A DNA stretch of 63,066 nt, filler included, from Octopus bimaculoides (Eukaryota), in the NCBI RefSeq assembly GCF_001194135.2. It is 6 parts of 5 records of this genome, joined end to end, with 100 filler letters (N's around TTAATTAATTAA, not from the genome) between each part and the next. Parts side by side here need not be neighbours in the genome. Positions count along the whole stretch, not along the records: positions 22,935 to 43,445 come from NC_068996.1; 5 more parts are not named here. One strand, written 5' to 3'. This document shows, piece by piece, positions 23,777 through 36,915 of this stretch. Within the stretch, counting starts at the first letter, position 1. Every line of letters starts with the position of its first letter. Made by a program: the position numbers and the translations under genes. The notes beneath the pieces were generated by a model. That model was not told where the DNA came from. It ran no database searches and saw nothing but the letters and a program-made list of their open reading frames with translations.

Positions 23777-26776
23777 TATATATATATATATATATATGCA
23801 CATACACACATACATACACAAACACACACACACACACAAATAAATACATTTGGATTTAGATTTCATATTGAGATCTTGAATATAAGTTTAACATAAATCT
23901 TCATATATACATATATGTACATTATAAGTATTATGTATACATGTGTATGTGTGTGTGTGTCTGTGTCTGTATGTCTGTGTTTATTTATGTATGTGTGCAT
24001 TAGTTAGGTATATTTTTATGCACATACATACACACAAGTATACATACATATACATACACACACAAACACACACACACACACATATCGAGAGAGTCAGAGT
24101 GAGAGTGAGAAACAGACAGACAGATAGAGACTTAGACAGAAGCACATAATGACATAAATACATACATACAAACTTACATAGACGTACAAATATACACCCT
24201 TTCACATGTTTATAGGTGAACTTTATTTCAACGCGATTAGCAGTGTGCTATTTTATATTATCCGAAAATTTAATCTATATATCCATCGCTCTCCCCGGCA
24301 AAAAGTCAAAATATCACATTGGTAAGTAGATTGACTAATTTAATGTCATGTAATAAAATAGACTTTTTATTTGACGTTGATATTTCTACTTATTCACTTA
24401 TTGTTGAAATATCTAGAATTATCCGATAACTATGAATGGTTCTCACATATCAAAGATAATTTCCAGTTACTTAGGAAACATGTTTATGCATGACAGTCGA
24501 GAGAGGGGGAAAAACCAGATATGATATCGTCTTCTTTGACTAGAATTCATTATCATGGAAAATTTTCAATAATGATCAGATACGTCCGGGGTGGAGGTGG
24601 TGATGATGGTGGTGATGGTGGTGGTGGTGGTGGTGGTGATGTTACAGCTGGCGAGGATTGTTGAGCGGGTAGTGGTAGTGGTAGTGGTGGGAGAGTGTAG
24701 TATGACAGTTACGTCAAAGATTTCATTTTTATTTCAAATAAACTTGGTGAGTTGTTCTTTAAATTGCCCCTTTATATTTAACATGTCAGAATTCTGGAGG
24801 AAAATTACTAGGTCTGCAAAAATAAAAATAAAAAGAAAGTTCATATACATACATGCATACGTATGTATATATATGTATATTTATGCATATATACATGTAT
24901 ACATATATACATGCACACGCATACNNNNNNNNNNNNNNNNNNNNNNNNNNNNNNNNNNNNNNNNNNNNNNNNNNNNNNNNNNNNNNNNNNNNNNNNNNNN
25001 NNNNNNNNNNNNNNNNNNNNNNNNNNNNNNNNNNNNNNNNNNNNNNNNNNNNNNNNNNNNNNNNNNNNNNNNNNNNNNNNNNNNNNNNNNNNNNNNNNNN
25101 NNNNNNNNNNNNNNNNNNNNNNNNNNNNNNNNNNNNNNNNNNNNNNNNNNNNNNNNNNNNNNNNNNNNNNNNNNNNNNNNNNNNNNNNNNNNNNNNNNNN
25201 NNNNNNNNNNNNNNNNNNNNNNNNNNNNNNNNNNNNNNNNNNNNNNNNNNNNNNNNNNNNNNNNNNNNNNNNNNNNNNNNNNNNNNNNNNNNNNNNNNNN
25301 NNNNNNNNNNNNNNNNNNNNNNNNNNNNNNNNNNNNNNNNNNNNNNNNNNNNNNNNNNNNNNNNNNNNNNNNNNNNNNNNNNNNNNNNNNNNNNNNNNNN
25401 NNNNNNNNNNNNNNNNNNNNTATATATATATATATATATATATATGGATGTATGTGTGCGTGTAATGTGTGTGCATGCGTGTGTGAGTGTGTGAGTATAT
25501 ACATACCCATATGCATTTTTGAGGTATGTATCCCTATCTATATCTATATTAATCTAGCTCTCTTTCTCTCTTTTCCTTTCCCCCTCTCTCCCTCTTTCTA
25601 CCACTCTGTATGCACACTTACACAAGTACACATATATGCNNNNNNNNNNTACAAACATACATATATACATACATACATACATACATACATACACACATAC
25701 ATACATACACACATACATATATACATACATACATACATACACACTTTCATAAATACATACATATACTTCAAAACTGGTGAAAAGCTATCAATATTGATCA
25801 GACACCTTCCAGTAACAGCAATTTGAATCAAATTCTTCGTTAGTAAGCTTTAAGTCTTGAAGGACAAATCGATTAACAGTTGGTAAAGTCCTGGTGAATG
25901 GGTTCACTCTCCGAAGTTGGACAGCAGAATAGGGAATCTAATAATAAAACATCACAGTGTTGAAAGGGCAGAGAACGGATTGCAAGGAATTATTACAGTT
26001 TGATAATCTCCAGCTGTCAAATATCTCCCAGGGATACTACCAAAGGCAAAACGAATAAACAAAACAAAAACGGAATGAAAGGAAGAATGAAGAAAAGAAA
26101 TAAAAGAATAAATAAAAAAAAAAGAGAGAGAAAAAGGGGGTGGGTTAGCTACTTCAGATTTATCTGGGGGGATGTGGTGGCTAACGTTTTCCTTTCAACG
26201 GATGCCGCTAGTAATATATGATACAGCGTTTCTAAGAGAACAACAAAGAATATTTAAATTTCAGATTAGAGATACCGAGATTGCATAATCATAGAGTTTG
26301 AACCATTGCTTTGAACATACCGAATCGATTATCTATTCGGCGTCATGAATGACCAATGGCTAGTTCGTTTGACAGAAGGGAGGAGCGCAACGTCCGGATA
26401 ACTTCCTCTACTGACCAAATCTGAAACACTTCAGCGTCTGTGTGGCCGTGTGTTTCTTTCATATTACTTTTATTTGTTCTTTACTTTTCTCTGATAAAGA
26501 ACTTAGTAGTTGTTAGCTTGGCATAACAAAGAGATCGTACTCGCTCGGAACGGCATCTTCAAGAATGTTGAGGTTGTGCCGAAATTGGTGACTATAATCA
26601 GGTTAACAGTTTGTTGGCGATAAATATCTAAAAACATTTGAATCAATAACGCATTATTGCGGTTACTATTCTTAAGAGCATGAACGAAACCCAATGTGAT
26701 TAAATAGTTTTAAATCTATCTATCTATCTATCTACCTACCTACCTATCTACCTACCTATCTATCTACCTACCTATC

Positions 26777-26825
<49 letters not shown>

Positions 26826-27277
26826 GTCTATCTATTTACCCATCTAAGTATGTATGTATCTACCTTTCTATCTATTTTACTGTTTCTATATCTGTTAACA
26901 TAGCTTGCCTATCTATCTCTCGTTTCTTTATTCCCTTCAGATTATATACATGTATAAATATATATGTACATCTGTAATCTGAAGAAAATGTCGCAAATGT
27001 ATACCCATACCTTCACGCTTACTATGGACACGGTTTAACTACGTTTTTTTTTTTTAAATATCTATTTTATATTATAATATTATAAGTTCTAAAGACAGCT
27101 AATACCACAGTCGGCTGATGATATCATGAGATACAGATATTGTACATATCCCTATGTCTGGCAATAATTCTTATATTCCTGCATTGAGAAGAGAAACATC
27201 GAGCATTTTTTTGTGTTATAACTGAAGATTTGGCGATGCACAATGAAAAATCGTTGCTCACTTTCTGATCATATACG

Positions 27278-27308
<31 letters not shown>

Positions 27309-27595
27309 NNNNNNNNNNNNNNNNNNNNNNNNNNNNTATGTGTGTGTGTGTGTGTGCGTGTGTGTGTGTGCGCGTGTGTGTGTGTGAAAAATTTCGATGC
27401 TATTTAGTATTTCTTAATGAAATTTATGAGTTTGTTCTATATTATGTTTTATAAACAGTATTTGATAAAATGTTTTTGTTCCATATGCTTTTCGAGGGGA
27501 ATTTAGTGTTTTATATAAGGATCACATGCATAGGCACAAACCGTTAATTTGGGAGGAAGGGAACAGTACATTATATCGGTTGGTACTTTTATCAT

Positions 27596-27980
27596 GGAGG
27601 TGCAATGGCCCAGTGGTTAGGGCAGCGGACTCGCGGTCGTAGGATCGTAGTTTCGATTCCAAGATCGGGCGTTGTGAGTGTTTATTGAGCGAAAACACCT
27701 AAAGCGCCACGTGGCTCCGGCAGGGGATGGTGGTGAACCCTGCTGTACTCTTTCACTACAACTTTCTCTCACTTTCTTCCTGCTTCTGTTGTACCTGTAT
27801 TTCAAAAGGAGCCAAACTTGTCACACTGTGTCACGCTGAATATCCCCGAGAACTACGTTAAGGGTACTCGTGTCTGTGGAGTGCTCAGCCACTTGCACGT
27901 TAATTTCACGAGCAGGCTGTTCCGTTGGTCGGATCAACAGGAACCCTCGTCGTCGTAACCGACGGAGTACCACGACAACG
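27596..27980 (+). mobile_element. tRNA-derived SINE with clear A and B boxes
   Basis: TGGCCCAGTGG (A box) and GTTTCGATTCC (B box), followed by a non-tRNA body. Confidence 0.85.
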
Positions 27981-28010
27981 ATATACATATTATTTACATA
28001 TTATTTGTGT

Positions 28011-28241
28011 AGGCGCAATGGCCCACTGGCAGGGCAGCGGACTCGCGGTGGTAGGATCGCGGTTTCGATTCCCAGACTAGAGCGTTGTGAGTGTTTGTTG
28101 CGTGAAAACACCTGAAAACTCCAGCAGGGGGTGGTGGTGTTCCCTGCTGTAGTCTTTCACCACAACCTTCTCTCACTCTTTCTTCCTGTTTCTTTGTACC
28201 TGTGTGTCATGCTGAATATCCCCGATAACTACGTTAAGGGT

Positions 28242-28243
<2 letters not shown>
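28011..28243 (+). mobile_element. Second, 3'-truncated copy of the same SINE
   Basis: GGCGCAATGGCCCACTGGCAGGGCAGCGGACTCGCGG..GGTTTCGATTCCC. Confidence 0.85.
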
Positions 28244-28282
<39 letters not shown>

Positions 28283-28736
28283 NNNNNNNNNNNNNNNNNN
28301 NNNNNNNNNNNNNNNNNNNNNNNNNNNNNNNNNNNNNNNNNNNNNNNNNNNNNNNNNNNNNNNNNNNNNNNNNNNNNNNNNNNNNNNNNNNNNNNNNNNN
28401 NNNNNNNNNNNNNNNNNNNNNNNNNNNNNNNNNNNNNNNNNNNNNNNNNNNNNNNNNNNNNNNNNNNNNNNNNNNNNNNNNNNNNNNNNNNNNNNNNNNN
28501 NNNNNNNNNNNNNNNNNNNNNNNNNNNNNNNNNNNNNNNNNNNNNNNNNNNNNNNNNNNNNNNNNNNNNNNNNNNNNNNAAATACAATGGTTATATACCA
28601 AAAAAAATTTTATAACATTTTTCTGACATATTTTAAATATATACTTTAACCATGTAACACAAGCCTTCTGTAGTTTTTTCACTCTTGTTTATCTTTTATA
28701 CATCCAACCACGTGCTTTCACATACCAACTTTCTCA

Positions 28737-28776
<40 letters not shown>

Positions 28777-29099
28777 TTTCAAATTTTGGCACAAAGCCAG
28801 CAAGTTCGATTACATCGAACCCATTACTCGAATGGCACTTATTTTAATCGGACCCGAAAGGATGAAAGGCAACGTCGACTTCGACGGAATTTGAACTCAG
28901 AATGCAAACCTTTGTCTATATATATTAACACATTCTTAGTAACATCCATTATCCTTACAAGGAAAAATTAACAACAATGTATTCTATTTTAAAAGTACAA
29001 TTCAGTTTTGTGAGGATTTTGTTTGTTCGAAATATTTAGTTTAAGTTAAGAACTTTTTTAAAAAAAGTATTTCTTAAGAAATATTTATAATTCATTGCA

Positions 29100-30250
29100 C
29101 ATACCAGTTTGACCTTATTTATAATATCAATTTGGAGTGACTTGAGCAAGTGAAGCTTACAGAATATTGTACAGGGAAGATTGAAAAGTACATTTATTGT
29201 AATTAGATATTTTAGTATAAATTCCTTTAACTTTGGTGGAAACTACAGGAAGTGAGTTTTAAAAAAATCGCTGTGTTATACAAATTTCAGCATGTTATTT
29301 GCTAAAAAAAAGTCATTGAAACACACATGGGTTTTAGCGAATATAACTTGGTTGTTTTAGTGAGGAAATGATTTTGTTTAGTCTAAGGTGCACAGAACGG
29401 ATCTTGATAAATATGGCGAGATAAGTTTATTGGGTTAATGATGTGGTTTAGTATAAGAAGAACAGGATAACTTCTGATGAGGTACAGAATGTTTTGATGA
29501 GCGTAAAGAAGTCAGTTTAGGTTGGAAGTAGTGATTTTGCTAATAGATACAGGACATATATTGATGGCCGTTATGTAGGCGGTTTAGTGGGACATATGTT
29601 GTTATATTGTAAATGCTACTAGTGAGATTTTGATATGTGTCATATTGTATTACTTGTCAGACACGCCTCTTGGTTACTTTAAGGGATTCAGAGTAGATGT
29701 TAAGAGTATAATGCAGACATTTTAGTGGTGAGGTAAAAACGGTAAATTAATATAAAGCAGTCATGGGAAAGCTGCGGCCTGCGGGACTTCATGAATGGTA
29801 CGCCTGTTACCCCGAGAAAAATTACGTTTATTAGAATTACTTTGAATATTTTTAGTAGTATGGCCCGACTGATGATAAGTCATGTATCATGCGACCCGTC
29901 TCTCGAAAAAGTTTGCCCATGCTTGATATAAAGAATACAGAGCAGATTTTGACAGGTCTAATGTAGTGGTTATTGTGGATCAGTGATGGTACTCTGTAGA
30001 AATGGTAAAGGCTGCATGCTTATTAGTACATTGTGGTGAGTTCATGAATGTATTAGTGTTTCTTAGAATAAATGATAAGGAGATTTCATGAGTGCATTGT
30101 GGAATTTAAGTGTTGTAATGATATGTTTAGTATAAGCGGACAAATTTTAGTGAGTGTAATCTGGTGCTTTTAGTAGAACCAGAAATTTACTGAATATAAA
30201 GAACAAAATGCATATTTTTCGCAGATATATGAAATTGATTTCGAAATATA
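29100..30250 (-). pseudogene. Possible very old LINE endonuclease-region remnant
   Basis: Non-microsatellite stretch with fragments such as ITAINICP resembling APE motif IINIY.P; no intact ORF. Confidence 0.25.
29758..29925. mobile_element. hAT-type MITE
   Basis: Ends CAGTCATGGGAAAGCT and AGTTTGCCCATGCTTG; perfect 8-bp TSD ATATAAAG at 29750-29757 and 29926-29933. Confidence 0.9.
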
Positions 30251-30808
30251 TATTGTGAAAATTTTTCCGAGAGAACTATATACTATTAACTAACAGGTTG
30301 TAGTTTCGAAGTTCTATAAATTTTCTAAGCATATATTATCATTATTATATGTAATCTGTTATAATATACTAAAATGTTATACATCATTTTCTTTCATATC
30401 ACATTCTTTAGTCAGCGTATAAGAATGAGTCGTTTCCAAGAAAAATAAAATACCAATGGAGCAGAAAGTATCGACTACTCTTCTCCCTTCAAAACTGCTG
30501 GCCTTGTGTCTAAATCAGAGATTATTATCGCTGTTGTTGTTGTTATTATTACTGTTGTTGTTGTTGCTGCAGTTGTTGTTGTTTTTCAGGTTTTGTTGTC
30601 GGTTTAGATGTTTGTGGTATTTTTGCCTTTACTATGGTTTAAAGTTTTCGTTTTCATTTTTGTTTTCTTTTGTAGTATAACAACTGGTATCATGATGTTC
30701 TCATAGTTGTTCTTGTTGGTAGCTGGGTCGTGCTACCTTTACTATTGTAAATACTGAAAATAGCGGAGATCGATATAGACGTACATTTGTAAACTGGATT
30801 AAGAAACA

Positions 30809-31175
30809 TTAGAAAATTACTATTTGTAAATCTCATAACGAGAGATATTCAGCAACAGTACTTTGTAGTAAAGATTATTTGCCAACATAACATGGCAGTC
30901 CTGGTTTAGGACGAATGTTGCTGTAATTTAGCCCCATGAGACATCGTCTCCAGCTGGCTATACAACACGATCTGTGTCCTTATATTTTCGAACAAGGGAA
31001 TCTAGCACCCCCACTCAGCTCAAAACAATATCTGTGTATCGCGATTTTATGGGTTAATTACAGCAACATTCGTCCTAAACCAGGACTGTCATGTTATGTT
31101 GGCAAACACTCTTTACCTCAAAGCACTGTTGCTGAATATCTCTCGTTGTGAGATTTAAAAATAGCAATTTTCTAA
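30809..31175. repeat. Inverted repeat with about 120-bp arms (30809-30932 and 31056-31175)
   Basis: TTAGAAAATT..GAGAGATATTCAGCAACAGT..TTTGCCAACATAACATGGCAGTCCTGGTTTAGGACGAATGTTGCTGTAATT and its reverse complement; related to the 22419 palindrome. Confidence 0.9.
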
Positions 31176-31261
31176 TTTATAAATCAGTGACTAGTTATCA
31201 ATTTGAAAACTATATATTTCGAATGAGAATTTGGCAGCACCACCTTTAGCCAGACAATTAT

Positions 31262-31306
31262 TCTGTGCTGATGAAGGGAAATAACCCGGAAATCGCGATA
31301 CACAGA
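31262..31306 (+). ncRNA. Minimal type-I hammerhead ribozyme with intact catalytic core
   Basis: TCTGTG CTGATGA A GGG AAATAA CCC G GAAA TCGCGA TA CACAGA: 6-bp stem I, 3-bp stem II, palindromic stem III, ATA triplet. Confidence 0.85.
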
Positions 31307-31836
31307 TATTGTTTTGAACTGAATGGGGGTACTAGGTTCCCTTGTTTCTAAAATATAAGGACACAGATCGTGTCGTATAGCCAACTGTAGACGATGTCTC
31401 CTAATGGAACATTATTGTATATTGTTGCGAACAACGTGTAAATAAGGAAAATATGGTTATTTTATTATATCTCACCAAAGTGTTTATTTCTTTAAAAATA
31501 TATTTATTGCCTTTGTTTTTGTGTAGAACGATCTTTCGGTTGGATTGGTTAAACATCTGACCAAAAGCATTCAATACATGACCGTCTTTTTTTTTTTTTT
31601 TTCATAAGGTGTGTAAGAGTACACTACTGAATGTATTCTGTCCTTAACGATAGTAAGATCACAAATAGAGTGTCTGAATAAAGAGAATAAATGATAGTTG
31701 CTTTCAGTATATAGAGAAGATGGAAATTGTGATCACGATGTATTTTTCAAAATTTTATGTAGATTTTATAAGTGTATGTGTGTGTGTGTGTGTCTTTGTG
31801 TCTCTGTACATACATACTTGTAATATAATATAATAT

Positions 31837-31868
<32 letters not shown>

Positions 31869-32015
31869 NNNNNNNNNNNNNNNNNNNNNNNNNNNNNNNN
31901 NNNNNNNNNNNNNNNNNNNNNNNNNNNNNNNNNNNNNNNNNNNNNNNNNNNNNNNNNNNNNNNNNNNNNNNNNNNNNNNNNNNNNNNNNNNNNNNNNNNN
32001 NNNNNNNNNNNNNNN

Positions 32016-32051
<36 letters not shown>

Positions 32052-33244
32052 ACCCTTGGTGAATGGCAAAGAAAAGCAAGGTTCTAGAAGATCTTGCTCT
32101 GCGGTATCTGTACTGCAGCGTCGCTGGGGAAGAACAGGGACTCAGGATTTTTTTTTTCACTTTTCATAAAGACTGTTATAAACAGCTGTTTCCGTTACCT
32201 ACATGTTGGTAGTTGGCTGGGATTGATAGTTTACTCTTGTTGGCGATGAGACACACAGGAATTTTTTTAAACACTGAGATAAATTTCTTGATGAACGAAA
32301 CAAAGAGAAGTTGGACCAGAATATTGGGTGACTTCGGAATAACAATCTTTGTTGTTGTTGTTATTGTTGTTATTTCAATTCCGATACTGGAAAACGCGTA
32401 GATTTTAAATTCCTGACAATTGGGAATACTAGTAGTGGCAAAAAACTGTGAATTATTATTATAGAATTTGTTATCTCAAGTATATGAAGCCGAGAAAGTG
32501 TAATTTGGTTTCTTGGTAAGGAATTCTCAATGGAGGAAATTCAGCTAACCATGTGGTTAGTAAAGAAATCAAAGAATACAGTGCTGTCTGTCATCGCTAT
32601 CAGAAAAGCTGTCGTGATGACAAGATATGAAGAGAACAGAGGTAGGGAGCTAGCTGATATCGGACATATAACGTCGGGGAAAATAAAAAGGCCCATATGA
32701 TAGGTGACAGCAACCGTAGACATTCGAGCTGTAAGCGAAAACAATAATTAATTATAACACTGAGTCACTGCCTATTGTATTAAGGGATACAATGAAGAGA
32801 TCTCTATGAGATAGCCCGACCGACCGGCTAGAAACAGCATTTAAATTTCCTTCAACTTCGCCCTGTTTTTTTGTTTGTTTTTTGAGGACGGCATGATGAT
32901 TAATGTGGTCTTGGGCTCCCTACTCACATGGAAAAATATTGGATGGTCATTGCTGGGGTTGGAATATCTTTAAACATAGGACTGCATGGTCAAGACCCGC
33001 CTGGAGCTACACAAAAACAATCTATCGAGATATGTCGCGAAATTACCAGCTAACAAACAGCAACAACCATAGTAAAGGCAGCGTGACCCAGCTACCAACA
33101 AGAATAACTATGAGGACATCATGATACCAGTAATTATACTACAAAAGAAAACAACAAAAATGAAAGCGAAAAATTTAAAGCAGTAATGACAAAAATACCA
33201 CAAACATCTCTAAACCGACAACAAAACCTGAACAACAATAATTC

Positions 33245-33710
33245 TTTTATTCTTTTACTTGTTTCAGTCATTTGACTGCGGCCATGCTGGAGCACCACCA
33301 TTAGTCGAGCAAATCGATCCTATGACTTATTCTTTGAAAGCCTAGTACTTATTCTATCGGTATGTTTTGCAGAACCGCTAAGTTACGGGGACGTAAACAC
33401 ACCAGCATCGGTTGTCAAGTGATGGTCGGGGGACGAACAGACACAAACAAACAAACACACACACACACACACACACANNNNNNNNNNNNNNNNNNNNNNN
33501 NNNNNNNNNNNNNNNNNNNNNNNNNNNNNNNNNNNNNNNNNNNTATATATATACGACGGGCTTCTTTCAGTTTCTGTCTACCAAATCCACTCACAAGGCT
33601 TTGGTCGGCCCGAGGCTGTAGTAGAAGACACTTGCCCAAGGTGCCACGCTGTGGGACTGAACCCGGAACCATGTGGTCGGCAATGAAGCTACTTACCACA
33701 CAACCACTCA
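33245..33710 (-). mobile_element. tRNA-derived SINE, major family (full length, gap in internal microsatellite)
   Basis: Reverse complement of the 48960-49405 copy. Confidence 0.85.
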
Positions 33711-34056
33711 ACAACAATAACAACAACAACGATAATGGTCTCTGGTTTAGGCACAAGGCCAGCAATTTTGAAGGGAGAAGAGTAGTTGATGCCTTCTGCT
33801 CCATTGATATTTTATTTTATTGATCCTGGATGGCTGAAAGGGAAATTTGGTCTCAGCGAGATTTGAACTTAGTACTGTGATGAACGCCGAATGCTGCAAT
33901 ATACGTTTTATCCGACAGTTTAATGTTTCTCGCAATGCCCACCTTACAACAACGATAATAATAATAATATCGTCAACTGGGTGAAGGAAGGAACTTCATT
34001 GGTTACAGAAAATGTCGCTAAATTTCATGAAACCATTCTTTCTACAACTTAGTTCA

Positions 34057-34440
34057 GTAAGTCTCAATCGGGGTCCTTATGACCCTAGGCGGTCCGTACA
34101 AGACTTTGTTGTTAAAGTTCATGCGCAATAAATTGTTATCTTGCAAACAACTCGCATATGCGAGTGCTTCCAGTCGAGAACTCCGCATACCGGAAGCCAG
34201 CAAGTGTATGGGGTCATCAGGAGAGAATTCACGCCGTTTCGGGGCCTACCTCCCGACGGCATCAATGCGCATCAATGTTTCTACAAAACAAAATATATTC
34301 ACAATTTTATTGATGCAATTCCTAATAATATTTAATCAAAAAGTAGGATTTTTGAAACATCGAATGGCTGTGACAGTCTATGCGAATAAAATAGGAATCA
34401 AAGGGGTTCATAGGTAGAAAATTATTGAGAATCGCTTGTT
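34057..34440. mobile_element. Decayed hAT-like MITE
   Basis: Degenerate inverted ends CAGTAAGTCTCAAT..GGGGTCC and GGGGTTCAT..ATTGAGAATCGCTTG; no clear TSD. Confidence 0.45.
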
Positions 34441-35613
34441 TCCAATAAGTAATGGGCAGCGTCTGTGTCCTTTTATATTTTCGGGAACAAAGCGATGAAG
34501 TTACTGCCCCAAAACCAGAGACTTCTTCCCAAATGCTGCTTGAAACAGAGAGGATTTCAGCAAACGTAAACGGGTCCCACGTGCTCATATTAAGCCAATC
34601 AACGTGCTTATATTAAGCCAATCAACGAAGCCTTGCTTAACTGAATGTTAAGCACGGCAACAAATGTTGTAAAGTATCTAATTCTGTGATCATTCCGCTA
34701 ACCCTTCGTTCTGGACAAGTACATAATTTTATAGACCCCAAAACGATGAAAGGCAAAGGTAACTATAGCGACATTTGAACTCACTACACAGAAAAACCAA
34801 AACGAATACCCTGTCTTTCCGCGCCACAACATCGCCGGAATTTCTCCTACCTATGGCATCTCTGCAGCTATTAACATACAACAGCTTAATCTCATCAGCC
34901 TTCAAATGTTTTCAATGACCATTTCCTGGTGATGAAATTAATGAGCAAAACAAAGCAATAAAATGCAATTGTCTCGGTTAGAGTGTCTTTGATCACATGT
35001 CTACCCAATGACGGCTAACCTGCGGTTAAATAGTTCTTTGTACTATAGGCGAAATGTCTGAAATTTCTTGGGAAGGTGGCTTGTCGATTGTTTGACTGGC
35101 ATTTATTTTATCGGCCCAGAAAGGATGAAAGGTAAAGTCGATCTCAGCAAAATTTAATCTCAGAGTGTAAAGCCAGAAAAAATACGATGATCCTGCTAGC
35201 TCGCAGCCGTTACCTGGGGTTAAATGTAACAGTAAATGAACGATGTTGATTACTGTACATCATTTCGAGATGAGTAAATTATGATTCTGTAATATATAGT
35301 GGTCGAACTATCTCCCTCACTTAAATATGTAGCTTTGTACCTACACTAGAAATTATTGTGTAGTGTCACCGAACACTGAGGGCATAAGTTAGCTGCACCG
35401 ATATTCATTCCCATCATGCTATTATTAATTTTTTAAATTTTGTAGAGGAAAGACATTTCTCTTTCTTTCTTTCTTTCTTTCTTTCTTTTTATGGATGGGG
35501 GAGGAGTTTATCGTTGGGGTCAAGAGGTTTAGGTAGCCCTTGTAATTCCTAGGTGCGACATTCCCTTCAAACTGCTGTCAACTAGCACACCAAGGAAATT
35601 AAACTGTACTCAG

Positions 35614-35656
<43 letters not shown>

Positions 35657-36544
35657 ATACTTTTGTGCGAAGTCGGTGCATTGTTCGTGCTGCTTCAAGG
35701 TGATAAATGACAAAATTTATTGCTATATTCGCTGCTGCACTACATCTCAAAGTTTAGAAATATTATTTAAATTTGTAACTACCTGTGACACGTCATAATT
35801 ATCTGGCTTGTTTCAGGTTTACATGCGGTGAATGTCTGAGAAAGAAAGTTAAGTTTTCGAGAAGCTGAAACCGTAATGCCGTTTCAGGTCTCTTTTAAGC
35901 GACCTTACATGAATAACAATGCTAAAAGCCTGTATCAATGACTAGTATTAATGCAAAAATTCAATACCGAAGAGTAGCAGTCTGCTCCAGAATTCATGAC
36001 TAAAAAAAGCTACTGCGGAATATTGTTCTCTCTCATCTTGGGGGCTGTTATTGCTACACGCAGAAGAGATCCTATATTCCACCCAATTTAACTCATTCAC
36101 ACATCTGTGTCTCGTCAACTTTGTTGTGTCTCGCGCCTAAGTATCTCAATGACCATTTGCCTGCTATTCTTGCAGTACCTCAAACTCTCTGGAACACTTT
36201 ACCACAGACATCTCACTTGCAGACATGTTGACTTAGCTGTATCAATCTCATTTGTCCTGAAGAGCTTTTGAATGTCATAACCTTTGGTCCTTTCCCCTGT
36301 CTATCACCATAAACATAAAATATGACAAACATGTCGATTATTACTTTGCTAAAAATGACGCCTTCTCTAAAGGCTGAACCATGGACTTTACAGCAACTCT
36401 CCTAAATACACACACATACACTGACACACACACATATACACATACAAACATACACACGCACACTCACACGAGCGTACAGACAAACACATGAACACGCCTG
36501 CACTCTAACGCAAAAGTACAACGAATAGATTTTCATTGGTTTCG

Positions 36545-36726
36545 ACGATAGGTAAGTATATAGTTAATACAGTCCTATATTTAAGAGATGAGGAATTATT
36601 TATATTATTTACATTTGACGGATATTTGTCCTCATCTTGTGTGTTGCTAAAACAAAGTTTCTAGCCTTCATCAGGTGTCTTGGGGAAATTTCGAACCTGG
36701 GTTCTCATTCCTAAGGTATTTTTCGA

Positions 36727-36792
<66 letters not shown>

Positions 36793-36915
36793 CATTATTA
36801 TTCAGGCCACTGCCTGGAATTTAACTCAGAATCTTGGGGTTAGTAGCCCGCGCTCTTAACCACTACGCTATATGCCCGTAATGTAAATAATGTAAATAAT
36901 GTAAATAATGAAGTA
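36545..36915 (-). mobile_element. Non-coding Penelope-like 3' unit: tRNA-like head + (AAT)n + hammerhead remnant
   Basis: Head 36877-36805, (AAT)n 36802-36728, GACAC CTGATGA AGGCTA GAAAC at 36679-36649 (stem II deleted); tail shared with 44635-44795 and 51100-51230. Confidence 0.75.

Noticed and set aside
27596-27680. Apparent tRNA genes (also 28011, 36805, about 38100)
   Set aside because: A and B boxes are present but the acceptor stem and arms are broken and each continues into a repeat body; these are SINE or PLE heads, not tRNA genes.
29474-29480. Isolated CTGATGA
   Set aside because: No stem II or GAAA partner nearby.
34588-34627. Direct repeat TATTAAGCCAATCAACG x2 (CCAAT boxes) near CACGTG
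   Set aside because: A simple local tandem duplication explains it; no supporting promoter context.
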